A stretch of DNA of 64,000 bases from Nitrosopumilaceae archaeon. Lineage in GTDB: Archaea; Thermoproteota; Nitrososphaeria; Nitrososphaerales; Nitrosopumilaceae. Below the pieces are notes generated by a model, which did not search any database, was not told the DNA's origin, and saw nothing but the letters and a program-made list of their open reading frames with translations. Positions 63,062-64,000 of the stretch are shown in pieces. Numbering within the stretch: position 1 is the first letter of the stretch; each line of letters starts with the position of its first letter. The stretch is taken from NCBI GenBank assembly GCA_965207375.1, contig OZ242274.1, positions 1,536,001 to 1,600,000 on the forward strand, in the 5' to 3' direction. The translations under genes were made by a program, and so were the position numbers.

Positions 63062-63778
63062 ATGCAAAGTAAAAAACCATTGGAATTTTCTAATTTGCAA
63101 AAAATCTGCCAGGTAATTGGAAAAATAAAAGAACAATTAATTGATGAATTACCACATTATGGACATCAATCATTATACTTTCACAATGATGAGATAACCA
63201 CGGGATTGTTAAACAACCAGACTGAAATAAAAATACATCTAGCAGTTGGAAAGCTATTATATTTTCATAATGAAAAAGGTGATTTTGTCGATATTGTAAA
63301 TGACAATATTTCTGATAATCTAAAAAAAATTCTTGATACATACGACATAAAATTAGATTTAGAAAAATTGGAAAATCCCAAGCAAGAGGATTTGGATGTG
63401 TATAGATTTTTTGCAATTCAATCAAAAAAAATTTTAGAAATTATCAGGATGAATTTGGAAAATAATTTTACTTTGGTACATTTGTGGCCACATCATTTTG
63501 ATTTTTCAATAGAATGGTTTGCAGATAAAAATGACAAACAGATAGGAATTGGAATATCTCCAGGAGATACCAATTATCCAATGCCGTATCTATACATGAA
63601 CCCATGGCCATTTAACGAAAAAATTCTCAACCAGCAGCTGCCTTTGGGCAGATGGCATACTGATGGGTGGAATGGAATCAAAGTAGAATGGTCAGAACTC
63701 GTACAGTTTCATCCAGATGAGGCAGCAAATCACATCTATAATCTGTTTTGTATATCCAGAAAAAATTTTGAACAGTAA
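63062..63778 (+). CDS. Hypothetical protein (DUF5996-like)
   Basis: LWPHHFD, GISPGD, PYLYMNPWP motifs. Confidence 0.65.
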   Translation: MQSKKPLEFSNLQKICQVIGKIKEQLIDELPHYGHQSLYFHNDEITTGLLNNQTEIKIHLAVGKLLYFHNEKGDFVDIVNDNISDNLKKILDTYDIKLDLEKLENPKQEDLDVYRFFAIQSKKILEIIRMNLENNFTLVHLWPHHFDFSIEWFADKNDKQIGIGISPGDTNYPMPYLYMNPWPFNEKILNQQLPLGRWHTDGWNGIKVEWSELVQFHPDEAANHIYNLFCISRKNFEQ

Positions 63779-63820
63779 TTACCAAATCTTTAATTTAAGA
63801 AACAACAATTGACTTAGCAT

Positions 63821-64000
63821 ATGGAATATTACCTAAACATAGGGGGTACTGAATGGATTATCATAATTTTTGCAGCACTAGTGTTGATACTTGGCACAAA
63901 CAAACTCCCCGAAGCTGCAAGAAAATTAGGCAAGGCATCTGCAGAATACAAAAAGGCAAAAAATGAAGTTGATTCTCAAATCAATGAATATACCAATCAA
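63821..64000 (+). CDS. tatA: Twin-arginine translocase TatA (runs off the window end)
   Basis: IGGTEWIIII..LVLILGTNKLPEAARKLGK. Confidence 0.88.
   Translation, partial: MEYYLNIGGTEWIIIIFAALVLILGTNKLPEAARKLGKASAEYKKAKNEVDSQINEYTNQ

Noticed and set aside
848-63425. Numerous 60-140 aa antisense or overlapping ORFs in the track
   Set aside because: They are shadow frames of well-supported genes and have no recognisable motifs.

Overview
A 64-kb, low-GC archaeal chromosomal segment that reads as ammonia-oxidising Thaumarchaeota (Nitrososphaerota, Nitrosopumilaceae-like). This rests on the split MetH plus MetF, TFIIB, proteasome alpha subunit, archaeal DnaG, CTP-dependent riboflavin kinase, 'IPxW(I/V)K' repeat surface proteins and the adjacent 3-hydroxypropionyl-CoA dehydratase/3-HP-CoA ligase pair of the 3HP/4HB cycle. 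Core gene blocks alternate with accessory islands rich in insertion sequences: intact IS5, IS630 and IS66, and broken IS5/ISL2, IS3, IS110, ISH3, IS481 and IS6-like copies. A dispersed ~76-113 bp MITE-like repeat (TIR GTACAAACTCAGGTCG) occurs at least 8 times. The islands carry many defence/TA modules, and nearly every toxic or nuclease component is broken: two hicBA-like pairs, a type ISP R-M enzyme, an AbiE-like pair, a ScaI-like R-M system, a DUF3800-like gene with a structured RNA candidate 3' of it, and a Phd/Doc-like pair whose toxin is fused to a long TPR array and split by an IS66 with a perfect 8-bp TSD. An intact SNF2-DUF3883 helicase plus SWIM protein island is the exception. The IS load and decay suggest a host-associated lineage (inference). 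No rRNA, intact tRNA or CRISPR array was seen. All family assignments come from motif recognition by eye, not from database searches.
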